Positions 1-12,400 of a stretch of 64,000 nucleotides of DNA are shown here, one piece after another (positions within the stretch are counted from its first letter, which is position 1; each line of letters begins with the position of its first letter). A model generated the notes under the pieces. That model was not told where the DNA came from. It searched no databases and was given only the letters and a program-made list of their open reading frames with translations. Position numbers and translations under genes: made by a program. This DNA is from a virus (taxonomy: Duplodnaviria > Caudoviricetes), in the IMG/VR virus record IMGVR_UViG_3300020276_000001, positions 39,993-103,992 of that record; one strand, given 5' to 3'.

Positions 1-2
1 GC

Positions 3-374
3 AACACTATTAGTACAACTACTGCAAATACAGACCTTAATTTAACACCAAACGGCACAGGCGGTGTACAAATAGATAATTTTAATATCAGCGGAAGTAC
101 TATAAATAACACTAGTAGCGGTGCTACAAGTGTGTTAGATCCAGGTACTGGATTCTTTAAAATTGAAGGTACAGATGCATTTATAGTTCCAGCTGGTACA
201 GGTGCCCAACGTCACGCAAGTCCTATTTTAGGAATGACACGTTGGAACACAACAGATGGAAGACTAGAAATATATGATGGAACAGTATGGGACACAGTTG
301 CAGGTAGTTCTGGAGCAGTTTCTCAAACAGATGCACAAAACATCGCATTAGAATTAGTATTAAGTTTAGGATAA
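3..374 (+). CDS. 5'-truncated virion structural/tail fibre-like protein (C-terminal part)
   Basis: Frame is open from nt 3 (NTISTTTANTDLNLTPNGTG...). Contains a P-x-GT...R...G-M-x-R-W-N...LEIYDGTVW motif typical of phage fibre proteins and ends LVLSLG. Confidence 0.65.
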   Translation, partial: NTISTTTANTDLNLTPNGTGGVQIDNFNISGSTINNTSSGATSVLDPGTGFFKIEGTDAFIVPAGTGAQRHASPILGMTRWNTTDGRLEIYDGTVWDTVAGSSGAVSQTDAQNIALELVLSLG

Positions 375-377
375 AGC

Positions 378-707
378 ATGGCAACGTTTTTTAAAAATAA
401 AGTAGTAAAGCAAGTAGGAGTAGTACCAGTAGAAATACTATCTGTTCCTGTAGGCTCCAAGGTTACTGCTATTGGTTTATCGATTGCAAACTTATTAGAT
501 GGTAATACTAGAGTTAGTATTCAAGTCAAAGACGAAACTAGTGTAACGGGATATTATGTTAAAGACGTTATGATAGCCCCGAACGCCAGTTTAAGAGCAA
601 TCAATGGAGGCGAGAAATTAGTCTTGCCGGCAACAAATGGAGTTATTATCACAGCAGATCAAAATGATGCTGTAGATGTAATTCTAAGTTATGTGGAGAT
701 CGTATAA
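378..707 (+). CDS. small virion-associated beta-sandwich protein, distant paralog of 12790-13110
   Basis: 109-aa ORF in the structural operon. Shares a VP...S(I/V)xN...Y..xDV pattern with 12790-13110. Confidence 0.55.
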   Translation: MATFFKNKVVKQVGVVPVEILSVPVGSKVTAIGLSIANLLDGNTRVSIQVKDETSVTGYYVKDVMIAPNASLRAINGGEKLVLPATNGVIITADQNDAVDVILSYVEIV

Positions 708-1108
708 TGAGTTTTAATTACGTAGGACAAGCACCATTACAAGGTGATACAGACGAACGTTATTTCTACGCATTACGTAGAGATGATGATGGACAAATGT
801 TTATTCAAAAAGTAGACATGGCATCTCCAACAGATTCAGCACAAATTAACAGACCAGGTGGTACTGATGGTAACTATACAGAGTTTCAATCAGGTGAGGA
901 CTTCTTTGAGGGAAGAAATCCAAACCATGTATTAGTTTTTGATAACTTACTTTACGAACAAATGCGTTGGGACGATAAAAACATTTACTATTATGTAAAC
1001 AGTGAAGGCGAACTTGTTTTAAGAGTCAATACAAAATACGAATATGACAACGGTCTTTCAAGTGATCATTTAGAATTTGGTCAGAACGCAACAGGATACG
1101 CAGGGTAA
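707..1108 (+). CDS. hypothetical protein (structural operon)
   Basis: 133 aa, GGAG RBS, TAATG coupling to both neighbours. Confidence 0.6.
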   Translation: MSFNYVGQAPLQGDTDERYFYALRRDDDGQMFIQKVDMASPTDSAQINRPGGTDGNYTEFQSGEDFFEGRNPNHVLVFDNLLYEQMRWDDKNIYYYVNSEGELVLRVNTKYEYDNGLSSDHLEFGQNATGYAG

Positions 1109-4100
1109 TGGCACAATTTAATTTAGCAAGAATACGTTATAACTGGAAAAATGTTTGGTTACCAGGTGCAACATATATCAAAGATGATATTGTTCGTAAT
1201 GGTGGTAACACTTACATCTGTATGGTTGGACACGTTTCCGATCAAACAAGTTTTAAAACAGACTTAACTGCAACCCCAGGTAAGTGGTTATTAAACGCAG
1301 AAGGTTATGCTTGGAAAAACAACTGGCAAGTTAACGTAAGATATGCTGTAAATGATTTGTTCAAATACAATGGTGTAATTTATAGGGTATTAGAAGAACA
1401 TCTTTCAAACTCAAACGCAACAACAGGTATCTCAGCTGACTTAGGTAAGTTACAAGCCTATGCAAAAACTCCTAACTGGAGAATAGATTGGACACCTGCA
1501 ACAAGATACAGAGTAGATGATTTAGTTAAGTATGGTGGAATTTTATATCAGTGTTTAGAAGAACATACTTCATCAACTACAGTAGCAGGACTAGAACAAG
1601 ATCAATCAAGATGGGACATCGTTGCAAGAAGTGACGATTGGAAATCTAATTGGACAGTAAGTACAAGATATGTAAAAGATGATCTTGTAAGATATGGAGC
1701 AACACTTTACAGATGTAACACAGGACATACTTCAGCAACAACAACTATATTAGGATTAGAACAAGATTCAGCTAAATGGGATACCGTACTTGAAGGTATA
1801 GTTTACAAAGGTGAGTGGCAAGGTAATTTAGACTCGTCAGGTATTAGATATAAAGTTGGAGATATTGTAAAATATGGTCCTACATTATGGAAATGTAAAA
1901 CTGCTCACAGTTCATTAGCAAGTTTCGACGAAGCAAAATTTGACATATGGTGTCCTGGATTAGGTTATGAAGCTGTTTGGAATAGTGCGGCAGTTTACCA
2001 ACCAGGTGACATTGTAATATACGGAGGATACACTTATGTATCAATGACTAATAACACATCTAGTCCTCCAAGTGTTACTGGTGTGTTCTACGAAGGTGAA
2101 AGTTTACAAGGTTTATACGACTGGGAATTAATGATAACCGGTTACCAAATGAAAGGTGAGTGGGATAATGGTACTGCTTACAGAACTGGTGACGTTGTTA
2201 GAAATAAAGGTTTTGTTTATATTGCTGTTAGAGATAGTACTGGACAACAACCAGATGCATTAGATCCAGAGTCAAGAGGATATTACGATCCAGGTTCAAC
2301 TAGATCAACTGAAGGTTCAGTTAATATGTACTGGCAGTTATTGATCACTGGTATCTATTACAGAGGAGAGTGGTTAACTAGTCAAGCATACGTACTTGGA
2401 GATATTGTTGCACACAAAGGAACTACTTATAAATGTATACAAGCACACGCAGGTGATGATTCATCACTTGTTACTCCAGACTTAGATACAACAAACAGTT
2501 ATTGGGTCACATACATTGGAGGTACGCCAGGTAACGTATTACAATATAGAGGTGACCTTAGAACACATGATGGCAGTAACCATACAAAATTAGCAATTGG
2601 TTCACCAGGACAAGCATTAAAAGTTGTTAATGGAACAGGTACTTGGGAAAGACTTGGAGAAGTTGCAAAAGTTTATTATGTTGCTCCAGGTGGAAAAGAC
2701 GATGCAGGATTTGGATTAACAATTAGTGCTCCATTTGCCTCAATCAAATATGCAACACAATATATTTTACAAGATGAAGCCAACAGAGCTCCTGCAACAA
2801 TTTTTGTTAGCACAGGACTTTATGAAGAAATTACTCCGATTAATGTACCGGCTGGAGTTGCTATTGTTGGAGATGAATTAAGAAGTACAACTGTTAAACC
2901 TAGAGTAGGTTATGAAACTCTTGATATGTTTAGAGTTAGAAATGGTTGTGGAATAAGAAACATGACACTACAAGGTATGAGTGGTGTACTAGGAAGTGCT
3001 GATAACTATGGTGCACAGGTTCCTAACACAGGTGCTTACGTGGCACTTGATCCAGGATCAGGACCAGCAGACACTAGTGTATGGATTACAAACAAATCAA
3101 CTTATGTACAAAACGTTACAACAATAGGAACAGCTTGTATCGGAATGAAAATTGACGGTGCATTACACAATGGTGGTAACAAATCAATTGTTGCTAATGA
3201 CTTTACACAGGTTATAACTGATGGTATTGGTATGTGGTGTAACGCAGATGGTAAGTCAGAGCTTGTATCAGTGTTTACATATTATTGTCACATTGGTTAC
3301 TATTGTACAGCAGGTGGTAAGATACGTGCTACAAACGGTAACAACTCATATGGAAAATATGGATCATTTGCAGAAGGAGAACTTGCAAGTGAAACACCTA
3401 TTACTTGTACATTGAACAATAGATATTATGATGCAGAAGCACCAGTTGTTTACAACAACGCAAATAAGATTTTTGGATTAGGTTACACACACGCAGGTGA
3501 GGCTTATGATGATGCAACATTTACAGTTACAGGTTCAGGTTCAGGTGTTGAAGTTGATAACGATTTCATTGAACAACGTAACGCAAGTATTTCAGAAATA
3601 AGAATGCTTGATCCAGGTGATTCAAGTTTACCTGGAGGTAGAGGACACTTAACAGGTATAAGAAACTCTGCACAAAGCGGAACTAACCTTAATATTAAGA
3701 TTGCACAATCAGATGCTGAAACTACTCCTGCAAAATATGTAGGTAGAGCAATACTTACAGTAAGTAATATTTCAGCGGCAGATCCAACTAGAGTAGGTAA
3801 TCCATTAGATGCACCTTACACTTATACGGGTGTTACAGGAACTTCAAACAATCCGTTTGCAACTACATCACTAATGACGTTTACTGTTGTTATTGATAAC
3901 ACAGGCGCCGCGTCAGTTACAGTAACCAATGGCGGTGACAGTCATAGAATTGGAGATACAATTACAATCTTAGATTCAGCATTAGGTAACTTTGGAGCGG
4001 CAAACTTAACATTCCAAGTTGGAACAATAAGTGAATCAATGCTAATCTTTATTGAAGAAGGTAAAGGTGTTGGACAATATGCAATCATAGATGAATACTT

Positions 4101-6429
4101 TATAACTACTAAACAAATTAACTGTATTAGACCATCAGATGGTAAACGTGGTTGGGATCATATTGTTCCAGGTACTGCTATTGAAACAAGTTTAGATGGT
4201 TCAACAACTTATAGAATTGAACCAAGAATTGAAGTTGCAAAACCAACTTATGCAACAGCATCAAACAACACAAATATTACAGACACATGGCAACCAGTTG
4301 CTGGTGGTGTTGGAACTACTATGGTAGCCTTTCCGGCAACACATTCCAACAAAGCACTTTACAGTGACGCAGGAGGATCAAGTTGGTCAGCGGCAATAGT
4401 TGATAACGATTTTGTAAGACCAACGTGTATGGTAAAATGTAAAGGTAAATTAAAATACTTTATTGCATTAGGTAATGGAACTAAAGCTAACTTATCAACA
4501 GCAGGTACAGCCTGGGGTTCAACAGCTTATAATATTACTCAACGTCCTTGGGTTGATATTGCAGAAGGACCTTTTAGTGCTACATCACATACTGTCTATG
4601 CAATAGCAGACGATTCAGATGAATTAGCAAAATCAACGACAGACGGAACATCATGGACTTATGTAAGTTCAGGTATGGGAACAGGACTAAAACATATTAG
4701 ATACGGTAACGGTAAATGGATGGCTGTTAAAGCAGACGGTACCGCTTACGAAAGTATTGATAACGGAACAACTTGGACATCAACAACAAGAGTTTGTCCA
4801 ACAACTTATAACGTAACAGACTTTGCATACGGTAATGGATTATTTGTAGCGGCAGTAAAACCAAACGGAACTGCTTCGTTTCCATTTAATCCTGCAACAC
4901 CGTCAACAGCAATTAGTGATGGAACGTCAGCAACTACAATGACGTTTGGTTTACCTTCAACTTTTTATATTAGTGATACTAATTCTTCAGAAGGTGCCAA
5001 CAATGCAACTTGGAGACCAGTAGCAAGTTCAGGTATTATTAATGAACTTGAATGGGGATTAGATTATAGCGATGGTGTTTTCTGTGCAGTTGATACAGCA
5101 GGAAATATAAGAACTTCAGATGGTGGCGATGTTTGGGTAACACAAAGTCAAATTACTCCTCCAGCTGGTGCGTTTAGACCAAAAGTAAATCCAATGACAG
5201 GTGGTGCAGGACCTAAGTTCTTAGTTATAGATTCAAGTTCTACTGCAACTGTTAACAGTATTAAGACAGGTGCTCAAGCACAAATGAGAGCAACCACAGA
5301 CACAGGTAGAATTACAAAATTTGTAATGACAGAAACTGGATCAGGATATGACTCAGCTAACCCACCTGTGATACATATTCACGATACACAGAAAACACAA
5401 GAAGCTAACATTCAAGTTAGAATAAAAGATAGAGTACTTGGACAACCAATATTTAAAAACAGAGGTGCATTGTATACTAAATTTAATGCAGTAACAATCG
5501 TAGGTAACGGATTTATTGACAAGTATCAAACTGGTGGCGAAGTAATTGTTGACAACTTAACACTATTACCAAGTCCAGGAGATAACTTAAGATTTCCAAG
5601 TATCACAGATATCATTTATAAAATTGGAACAGCAACAGTTATATCAGGAACTGCTCCAAACATTAGAGCAAAAATTAGTATTGCACCAACAATGGGAATT
5701 CAAGAATCTCCAGAGCATAATGAAAGTTTAACTATTAGACAAAATTACAGTCAGGTTAGATTGACAGGACATGACTTCCTAGATATTGGTACAGGAAACT
5801 TTGCAGAAACTAGCTATCCATTACTTTACACAGAAGGTTACGGTTCAGTAAACGAACCACAACAACCACAAGAAACACAAGAGTACAATGGAGGTAGAGT
5901 ATTCTACGCATCCACTGACCAAGATGGTAACTTTAGAGTTGGTGAACTATTTAAAGTTGAACAGAGTACAGGTATTGTTACAATTAACGCATCACAGTTT
6001 GATCTAGCAGGACTAGATGAATTAAGATTGGGAGCGTTTATACTTGGTGGGACAAACGCTGTAATTAGAGAATTTTCTAAGGAACAAACATTTGTTGCTA
6101 ACAGTAATAGTATTGTTCCAACACAAAGGGCCGTTGCCGCATATATCCAAAGTAGGATATCAGGTGGTGGATCCAACATTGCCGCAAACGCACTAACGGC
6201 AGGAACTTGTAAATTTAGTCAGATTAACCACTTATCAAACACAGGTGGATTACCGATTAACATTCCTGTGGCCTTACACGCCACTAAAATGCCAGGTGGA
6301 ACTATGGTTGCACAGGCATTTAACAATATTAACAATGATATGGGTGCTATGATGGATTCATTTGATGATCTAGAAGGATCAGATGGTTACTATAACGATA
6401 GTGGAAATGGTTATGGGGGAACGCAATAA
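1108..6429 (+). CDS. giant virion/tail-fibre-like protein: Trp/Tyr repeats (CBM5/12-like), beta-helix, Asp-box propeller, conserved C-terminal domain
   Basis: About 50-aa repeats W..T.Y..DD.V.YGG..Y.C...H.S. YYVAPGG...IVGDELRST beta-helix start. SxDxGxxW Asp boxes. C-terminal YSQVRLTGHDFLDIGTG shared with the next gene. Confidence 0.75.
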   Translation: MAQFNLARIRYNWKNVWLPGATYIKDDIVRNGGNTYICMVGHVSDQTSFKTDLTATPGKWLLNAEGYAWKNNWQVNVRYAVNDLFKYNGVIYRVLEEHLSNSNATTGISADLGKLQAYAKTPNWRIDWTPATRYRVDDLVKYGGILYQCLEEHTSSTTVAGLEQDQSRWDIVARSDDWKSNWTVSTRYVKDDLVRYGATLYRCNTGHTSATTTILGLEQDSAKWDTVLEGIVYKGEWQGNLDSSGIRYKVGDIVKYGPTLWKCKTAHSSLASFDEAKFDIWCPGLGYEAVWNSAAVYQPGDIVIYGGYTYVSMTNNTSSPPSVTGVFYEGESLQGLYDWELMITGYQMKGEWDNGTAYRTGDVVRNKGFVYIAVRDSTGQQPDALDPESRGYYDPGSTRSTEGSVNMYWQLLITGIYYRGEWLTSQAYVLGDIVAHKGTTYKCIQAHAGDDSSLVTPDLDTTNSYWVTYIGGTPGNVLQYRGDLRTHDGSNHTKLAIGSPGQALKVVNGTGTWERLGEVAKVYYVAPGGKDDAGFGLTISAPFASIKYATQYILQDEANRAPATIFVSTGLYEEITPINVPAGVAIVGDELRSTTVKPRVGYETLDMFRVRNGCGIRNMTLQGMSGVLGSADNYGAQVPNTGAYVALDPGSGPADTSVWITNKSTYVQNVTTIGTACIGMKIDGALHNGGNKSIVANDFTQVITDGIGMWCNADGKSELVSVFTYYCHIGYYCTAGGKIRATNGNNSYGKYGSFAEGELASETPITCTLNNRYYDAEAPVVYNNANKIFGLGYTHAGEAYDDATFTVTGSGSGVEVDNDFIEQRNASISEIRMLDPGDSSLPGGRGHLTGIRNSAQSGTNLNIKIAQSDAETTPAKYVGRAILTVSNISAADPTRVGNPLDAPYTYTGVTGTSNNPFATTSLMTFTVVIDNTGAASVTVTNGGDSHRIGDTITILDSALGNFGAANLTFQVGTISESMLIFIEEGKGVGQYAIIDEYFITTKQINCIRPSDGKRGWDHIVPGTAIETSLDGSTTYRIEPRIEVAKPTYATASNNTNITDTWQPVAGGVGTTMVAFPATHSNKALYSDAGGSSWSAAIVDNDFVRPTCMVKCKGKLKYFIALGNGTKANLSTAGTAWGSTAYNITQRPWVDIAEGPFSATSHTVYAIADDSDELAKSTTDGTSWTYVSSGMGTGLKHIRYGNGKWMAVKADGTAYESIDNGTTWTSTTRVCPTTYNVTDFAYGNGLFVAAVKPNGTASFPFNPATPSTAISDGTSATTMTFGLPSTFYISDTNSSEGANNATWRPVASSGIINELEWGLDYSDGVFCAVDTAGNIRTSDGGDVWVTQSQITPPAGAFRPKVNPMTGGAGPKFLVIDSSSTATVNSIKTGAQAQMRATTDTGRITKFVMTETGSGYDSANPPVIHIHDTQKTQEANIQVRIKDRVLGQPIFKNRGALYTKFNAVTIVGNGFIDKYQTGGEVIVDNLTLLPSPGDNLRFPSITDIIYKIGTATVISGTAPNIRAKISIAPTMGIQESPEHNESLTIRQNYSQVRLTGHDFLDIGTGNFAETSYPLLYTEGYGSVNEPQQPQETQEYNGGRVFYASTDQDGNFRVGELFKVEQSTGIVTINASQFDLAGLDELRLGAFILGGTNAVIREFSKEQTFVANSNSIVPTQRAVAAYIQSRISGGGSNIAANALTAGTCKFSQINHLSNTGGLPINIPVALHATKMPGGTMVAQAFNNINNDMGAMMDSFDDLEGSDGYYNDSGNGYGGTQ

Positions 6430-6430
6430 T

Positions 6431-6438
6431 GATAAATA
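6431..6438 (+). promoter_or_regulatory. T4-type late promoter (GATAAATA)
   Basis: Variant of the gp55 TATAAATA box, intergenic, upstream of the 6463 start. Confidence 0.65.
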
Positions 6439-6462
6439 ACAGTAATAAGGATTTAAAACACA

Positions 6463-9400
6463 ATGGCTGAGTTTAAACTAGGTAGAATTAGATTTGTATG
6501 GAAAGGCGCTTGGGCGGCGGCTACCTCATATTATAAAGACGATATCATCAGACACGGTGGTAGAACTTACTATTGTGCAGTAGGACACACAGCCTCTACA
6601 TTATTCACAACAGACGAAGCTACAAAATGGAATTTATTTGCTGATGGTCAATCATGGCAAGGTGACTGGGTAGCAGGAACCTACTACAAACAGAACGATA
6701 TTGTCAAATATGGTGGTTATCTATATGTTGCCAACACGGCTCACACAGCAGAAGCTGATGGTGGAAGTGCTGGTAAACTAGAAACTGATCAAGCTAAATG
6801 GGATTTATTCGCAGAAGGCTTTGATTGGAAAAATATATGGACAGTAGCTACACAATATAAAGTAAATGATTTAGTTAAGTATGGTGGAACAGTTTATCTT
6901 TGTACAACTGCACATACTTCAAGTGCAACTTTTGCCTCAGACGCAGATGGACTAGAAGCAGATCAAGCCAAGTGGGATGTCTTTTCAAAAGGCATAGACT
7001 GGAAAACAGATTGGACAGTTGCAACAAAATACAGAGTTAACGATACAGTACGTTACGGTGGACAACTTTATATTTGTAACGAAGGACACTTATCATCAGC
7101 AACAGTAAGTTTAGGACTTGAAGCTGATCAAAGTAAATGGGATTACGCACACAAAGGTATTGAATATAAATCAGTACACGCAACAGCAACAAGATATAAA
7201 GTTAATGACGTTGTTAAGTATGGTGGCGGTTTATGGATTGCTACAAGAGAACACACATCAGGTGGAACTAACCTAGCAGATGACAATGCAGTAACAGGAG
7301 TTGCGGCAACTGTAAATTCAATTAGTGCCGCAGATGCAACAAGAACAGCAGGAACTTACAAAGACGTTGGAGGTTCAAGTGGTGGATCAGGTACAGGACA
7401 AAGATTTACAATCGTAATTGATGGTTCAGGTGCGGCAAGTGTCACAATAACTAATGGTGGTTCAGGACACTCAGCATCAGATACAATTACAGTAACGCCA
7501 GGATTTATTGGAGGCACAGGAGCTTCTTTAACTTTTAATATTGCAACAGTAACACAAACAACTAACTGGTCACAATTTGTTCCAGGATTAGAGTTTGAAG
7601 ATTCATGGGCAAGTACAACAAGTTATCAACCAGGTGACTTTGTAACTTACGGTGGTTACTCTTATATTGCAAAAACAAATCATACAAATGTTGTTCCATA
7701 TAACAATGCGGCAACTTGGGATTTATTTACAACAGGATTTAGTTTAAAAGGTGACTATGCAAATGCTACAGCGGCAGTTAACGGTACAACTTCAAACTCA
7801 ACTGCATTAGTAGTTGACGGCAACGTTGGCACTATTGTTCAAGGCATGGTTGTAACTGGAACAGGTGTTTCAGGTGTAGTTACAGTAACAACAGTTACAG
7901 ATCAAAATAATTTAGTATTAAGTTCAGCACAAAGTTTAACTAACGATGTTGCTTTATCTTTCAACACAGCATACAAAACAGGTGATGTTGTTAGAGTTGG
8001 TGGTTACACTTATCTTGCTATAGCAGATACAACAGGTAACAGACCACCAAATGCAAGTTACTGGGAAAAACTTAACGAAGGTATTAACTGGAAAAATACT
8101 TGGACTAACGGAACTTACTATGATGTAGGTGATGCTGTTAGAGGTATTAACAATGTTAACTCATATATTTGTGTTACGGCACACACAGCTGATCAAGTTT
8201 CTGCACAAAACAGACCAGATCAAGATGTTGATGGTAGCGAATGGAAATTAATTTCAGGTGGTGCTGAATCAGGCAACTTAACAACTGCTGGTGATTTAGT
8301 TTACTACGGTGGATCAGGTCCAACTAGATTACCAATTGGTATTGCAGGACAGGTATTAAAAGTAAATGACGCCGGTAATGCTCCTGAATGGAGTTACTTT
8401 GGTCAAGTAGATCAAGTTTACTACGTAGGTAAAGGTGGCGGAGATTATGCGGCACCAGGATACGGTGTTACTATTGACAAACCTTGGAAAACTATTAGAC
8501 ACGGACTACGTGAAATTAAGATGGGTCCAAGAAATCCAATCGTAGCAGATATTTTAATTAGAAATAAACAGTTTATACAAGTTGAAGCAGGTAAAGAATA
8601 TCCAGCTTACCAAATTGCAAACGCAGGTGGTAGTGGTATATGGAATGGCTTTAGTTTTGATAATGCAAAATGTCAAAGAGACATTGGATTAATCACAGAT
8701 GCAATTATTTGGGATTTGAAACATGGTGGTAACGAACGTTCAAGAGAGATGGCACAGTCATACTTTAGTACAGCAGGTGCTAGTTACGTTTCAGGACAAG
8801 AAGCAAATACAGTAGAAGTTATTAATTACGCAAACACAATGATGCAAAGAATTGTACAGAACTTAACTGTTACAACTAACTATCAAGCACTAAACTCTGC
8901 GTCAAATGTTGTTACACAATACACTTCAGCATTGACTCCAGAATCAGGTGTTACTACACACATAACAACTTTAATTGGAATCATTACAGAAGTTATTACA
9001 GCAGGAAACTTAACAGGTTTAGATGCTAAAATTAAACCAAACACAACATTGTTTGTTAAAACAGGACAATACACAGAAGTACTTCCGTTGATTGTTCCAG
9101 CGGATTGTGCCGTTGTTGGTGACGAATTACGTTCAACTGATATTGGATTATACGCAACAGGTACTACACTAGCCAATGATGCTACACTTACAATGGCTTC
9201 ATTAACTAGATTAAAAGCTATCATGAGTGATTTAATTTTAAATAATGCAATTACAAAAACACCAGCAGGTGCAATGGTTAAAGTTGATACATTTGGTGCC
9301 GCTGATGCAAGTAGAACAGCAGGAACATATACAGGTGTAGCAGGTGCAAGTGCAGGTTCAGGTACAGTAGGAACATTTAACGTTACTGTTGATGCTTCAA

Positions 9401-12400
9401 CTGGTAATGTTTCAAACGTAGATATTATAACAGGTGGATCAGGACACGCAGTTAACGACACTATTACTATTCAAGATAGTGCATTAGGTGGCGGTGGTGC
9501 GGCTAACTTTACATTTGATGTTGCTGAAATTGCCACAGGTAATACACAAACACAAAATACAAACCATCCGGTAGGAGATGCAACAGCAGTTACATCTACA
9601 ACTAATTTAATTGATGATATTAGTAACAAAATTAATTATGGTGTAAATGGTGCAGGTTCAGATGTTACGGTAACAGGGCAGACTACAACAAATGCTAGAG
9701 CAGGTGATGTATATGCTAGAGGAAGAATTTATGCTAACTTAGACTTTTTACTTTATGAAGGTCAAGAATATATTAAAGCAAACAATACAAAAATGTATAT
9801 GGAGAAAGAAGCAACTTATGGTTCTACTCACGATGCAAAATGTAGAGATGACTTAAAACGTTACATAGACGCAATCCTTTGGGATTTAGAAAACTATGGA
9901 AACTATATGTCCGTACTAGCGGCAAGATACTTAATAAATGCTATTAACGGATCAACTACAGAAGATATGTTCTACATGGAAAATGGTACTGGTTTAAGAA
10001 ACTGTACTGTTAGAGGATTAACAGGAACATTAGGTAGTGCAAACTCATATGGAACTAAACGTCCAACAGCAGGTGCTTTTGTTTCACTTAACCCAAGTTG
10101 GGGACCAGCAGACACAAGAGCTTGGATATCAACACGTTCACCATACGTACAAAACGTAACAACTTTTGGTACAAAATGTATTGGAATGAAAGTTGATGGC
10201 GATATACACGCAGGTGGTAACGATTCTATCGTTGCTAACGACTTTACACAAATTTTAGATCAAGGTATTGGTGCTTGGGTAACTAACCTAGGTAGAGCAG
10301 AGCTTGTTTCCGTGTTCTCATACTACGGACACATTGGATACCTTTCAGAAAACGGCGGAAAAATTAGAGGAACTAATGGTAACTCATCATATGGTGACTT
10401 TGGTTGTGTTGCAGAAGGTGTTGACTTAACTGAAACACCAATTGAAGCTTTCGTTGATAACAGATCATTTGATGCACTAATAGGTGCAACTATAACAGAT
10501 AACAATAATATTATTGCACTAGAATACCAGAACGCAGGAAGAGATTACAACGTATCTACAACAGCATTTAGTTTAAGTGGAGACGGTTATGGTGTTACAG
10601 GTTTAACTCCAGTTATTAATACTGGTGGCTTAATGGAAGTTAGAATGACAGGTGATAGCACAACATTTGGTGGTGCTGATTACAAATTTGCAACTAACAC
10701 TCCACAGGCAGGTACAGCAACACAGATTACTTTATCCAACACTGATACAGCCTTAAGTGCGGCGTATGTTGGAATGGCTGTATTCATTACAGGCGGTAAG
10801 GGTGCTGGACAATATGGTTATATTGACACATACAACGCAGGTACAAAAGTTGCGACAATTAAAAAATATTCAGATAACACAGCAGGTTGGAATCAGATTG
10901 TAAGTGGTAGAGCTATTGAAAGTGCTTTAGACAACACAACAGTTTATAGTGTTGAGCCTAGAGTTAACGTAACTGCTCCACAAAACGATGGATCAACTGC
11001 GGTAGAAACTGCATTATGTAGAGCCAAAGTTGCAGATGGAAAAATTAGTGAAGTAAGAATTATCCATCCAGGTAAATCTTACACAGCGGCTCCAACAGTA
11101 ACATTTACAGATCCAAACAATACAGCAGATGCTCCATTAGAAACATTTATTGGAGACGGTGTATTAGCTCAACCTTCATTTACTTCAAGAGGTACAGGCT
11201 TTACAACTTTAAGTGCTACAGTGACAGACGCAGGTACAGTAAAAGATATTACAGGTGTTAGCTATACTGCTAATCCTTATGCAAAAGTATTGTTAACTGC
11301 AAACAAAGAATATATTAAAGACGAAACAGTTGCTTGGATTAATAGCCAAGTTACTAATAACCCAACATCAACTACTTGGGGTGGATTTATTTACGATCAA
11401 GTTAAGTGTGAAAGAGACACAGGGTTAATTATTGATGCTATGTTACACGATCTTGAATTTGGTGGAACTAGAGAAACAATTAAAGCGGCTAAGGCTTATT
11501 GGATTGGAACACAATCTCAAGTACTTGGACAACAAACACAAACAGTATTGTCATTGTTACAAACAAAAGTAATTATTAATGATTATGTAATGGATAATAC
11601 TTCTTACAGTTCTTTACAGTCAGTAACTTCACAAACTACAAACAGTAACAACGGTGAAGCGGCGGCACAAACTAAAGTTGCAGAATTATTTGATATTATT
11701 ACAGAAGTAATTAACAACGGACTTGGTGCAGTTCCAACTAATGGTGGAACAGGTGTTGTTAATATCACAGTTGCAACACATAACATTTTAGAAAGAACTA
11801 AAATTAGAATTACAGAAGTTGGTGGTACAACAACACTTAACTCAAACGAATATTATGTTAAAGTTGTTGATGCAAATACTTTACAACTTTATATTGATAA
11901 AGATTTATTATTCCCAGCAGTATTAACTACAGGATCAGCTTATAGTTCCGGTGGTAAAGTTACTTTTGGTGCTGGTTACAGAGATGCAAAACAGTCAGGA
12001 AAATATGTACAGGTAGAAGGTATGTTAAGTGTACCACAAGCTGGAGCAAACGTTGTATTCTCAAGTTTACCAAGTAAATTTTTCAAACTTGTTAGTGTAA
12101 CAAACTTAACAGGTTCAGGACCATATGCGGCATTATTACAAGTTTCGCCAGATGTGGCAATTGACGAATCACCAGTACATGGTGACAAAGTTGAAATGAG
12201 AATTAGATATTCACAGGTACGTTTAACAGGACATGACTTCCTAGATATTGGTACAGGTGGATTTACTACAACAAATTATCCTGGAACACCAACTATACCA
12301 TCAGATCAAAATGATGAAGCAGTTGTTGGTGGTGGTGGAAGAGTGTTCTTTACATCAACAGACCAAGATGGTAACTTTAGAGTTGGTGGATTGTTCAACG

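Noticed and set aside
1108-8260. CRISPR-like or DNA tandem repeat array
   Set aside because: The repeats are degenerate protein-level repeats in frame, with no constant DNA repeat-spacer pattern.
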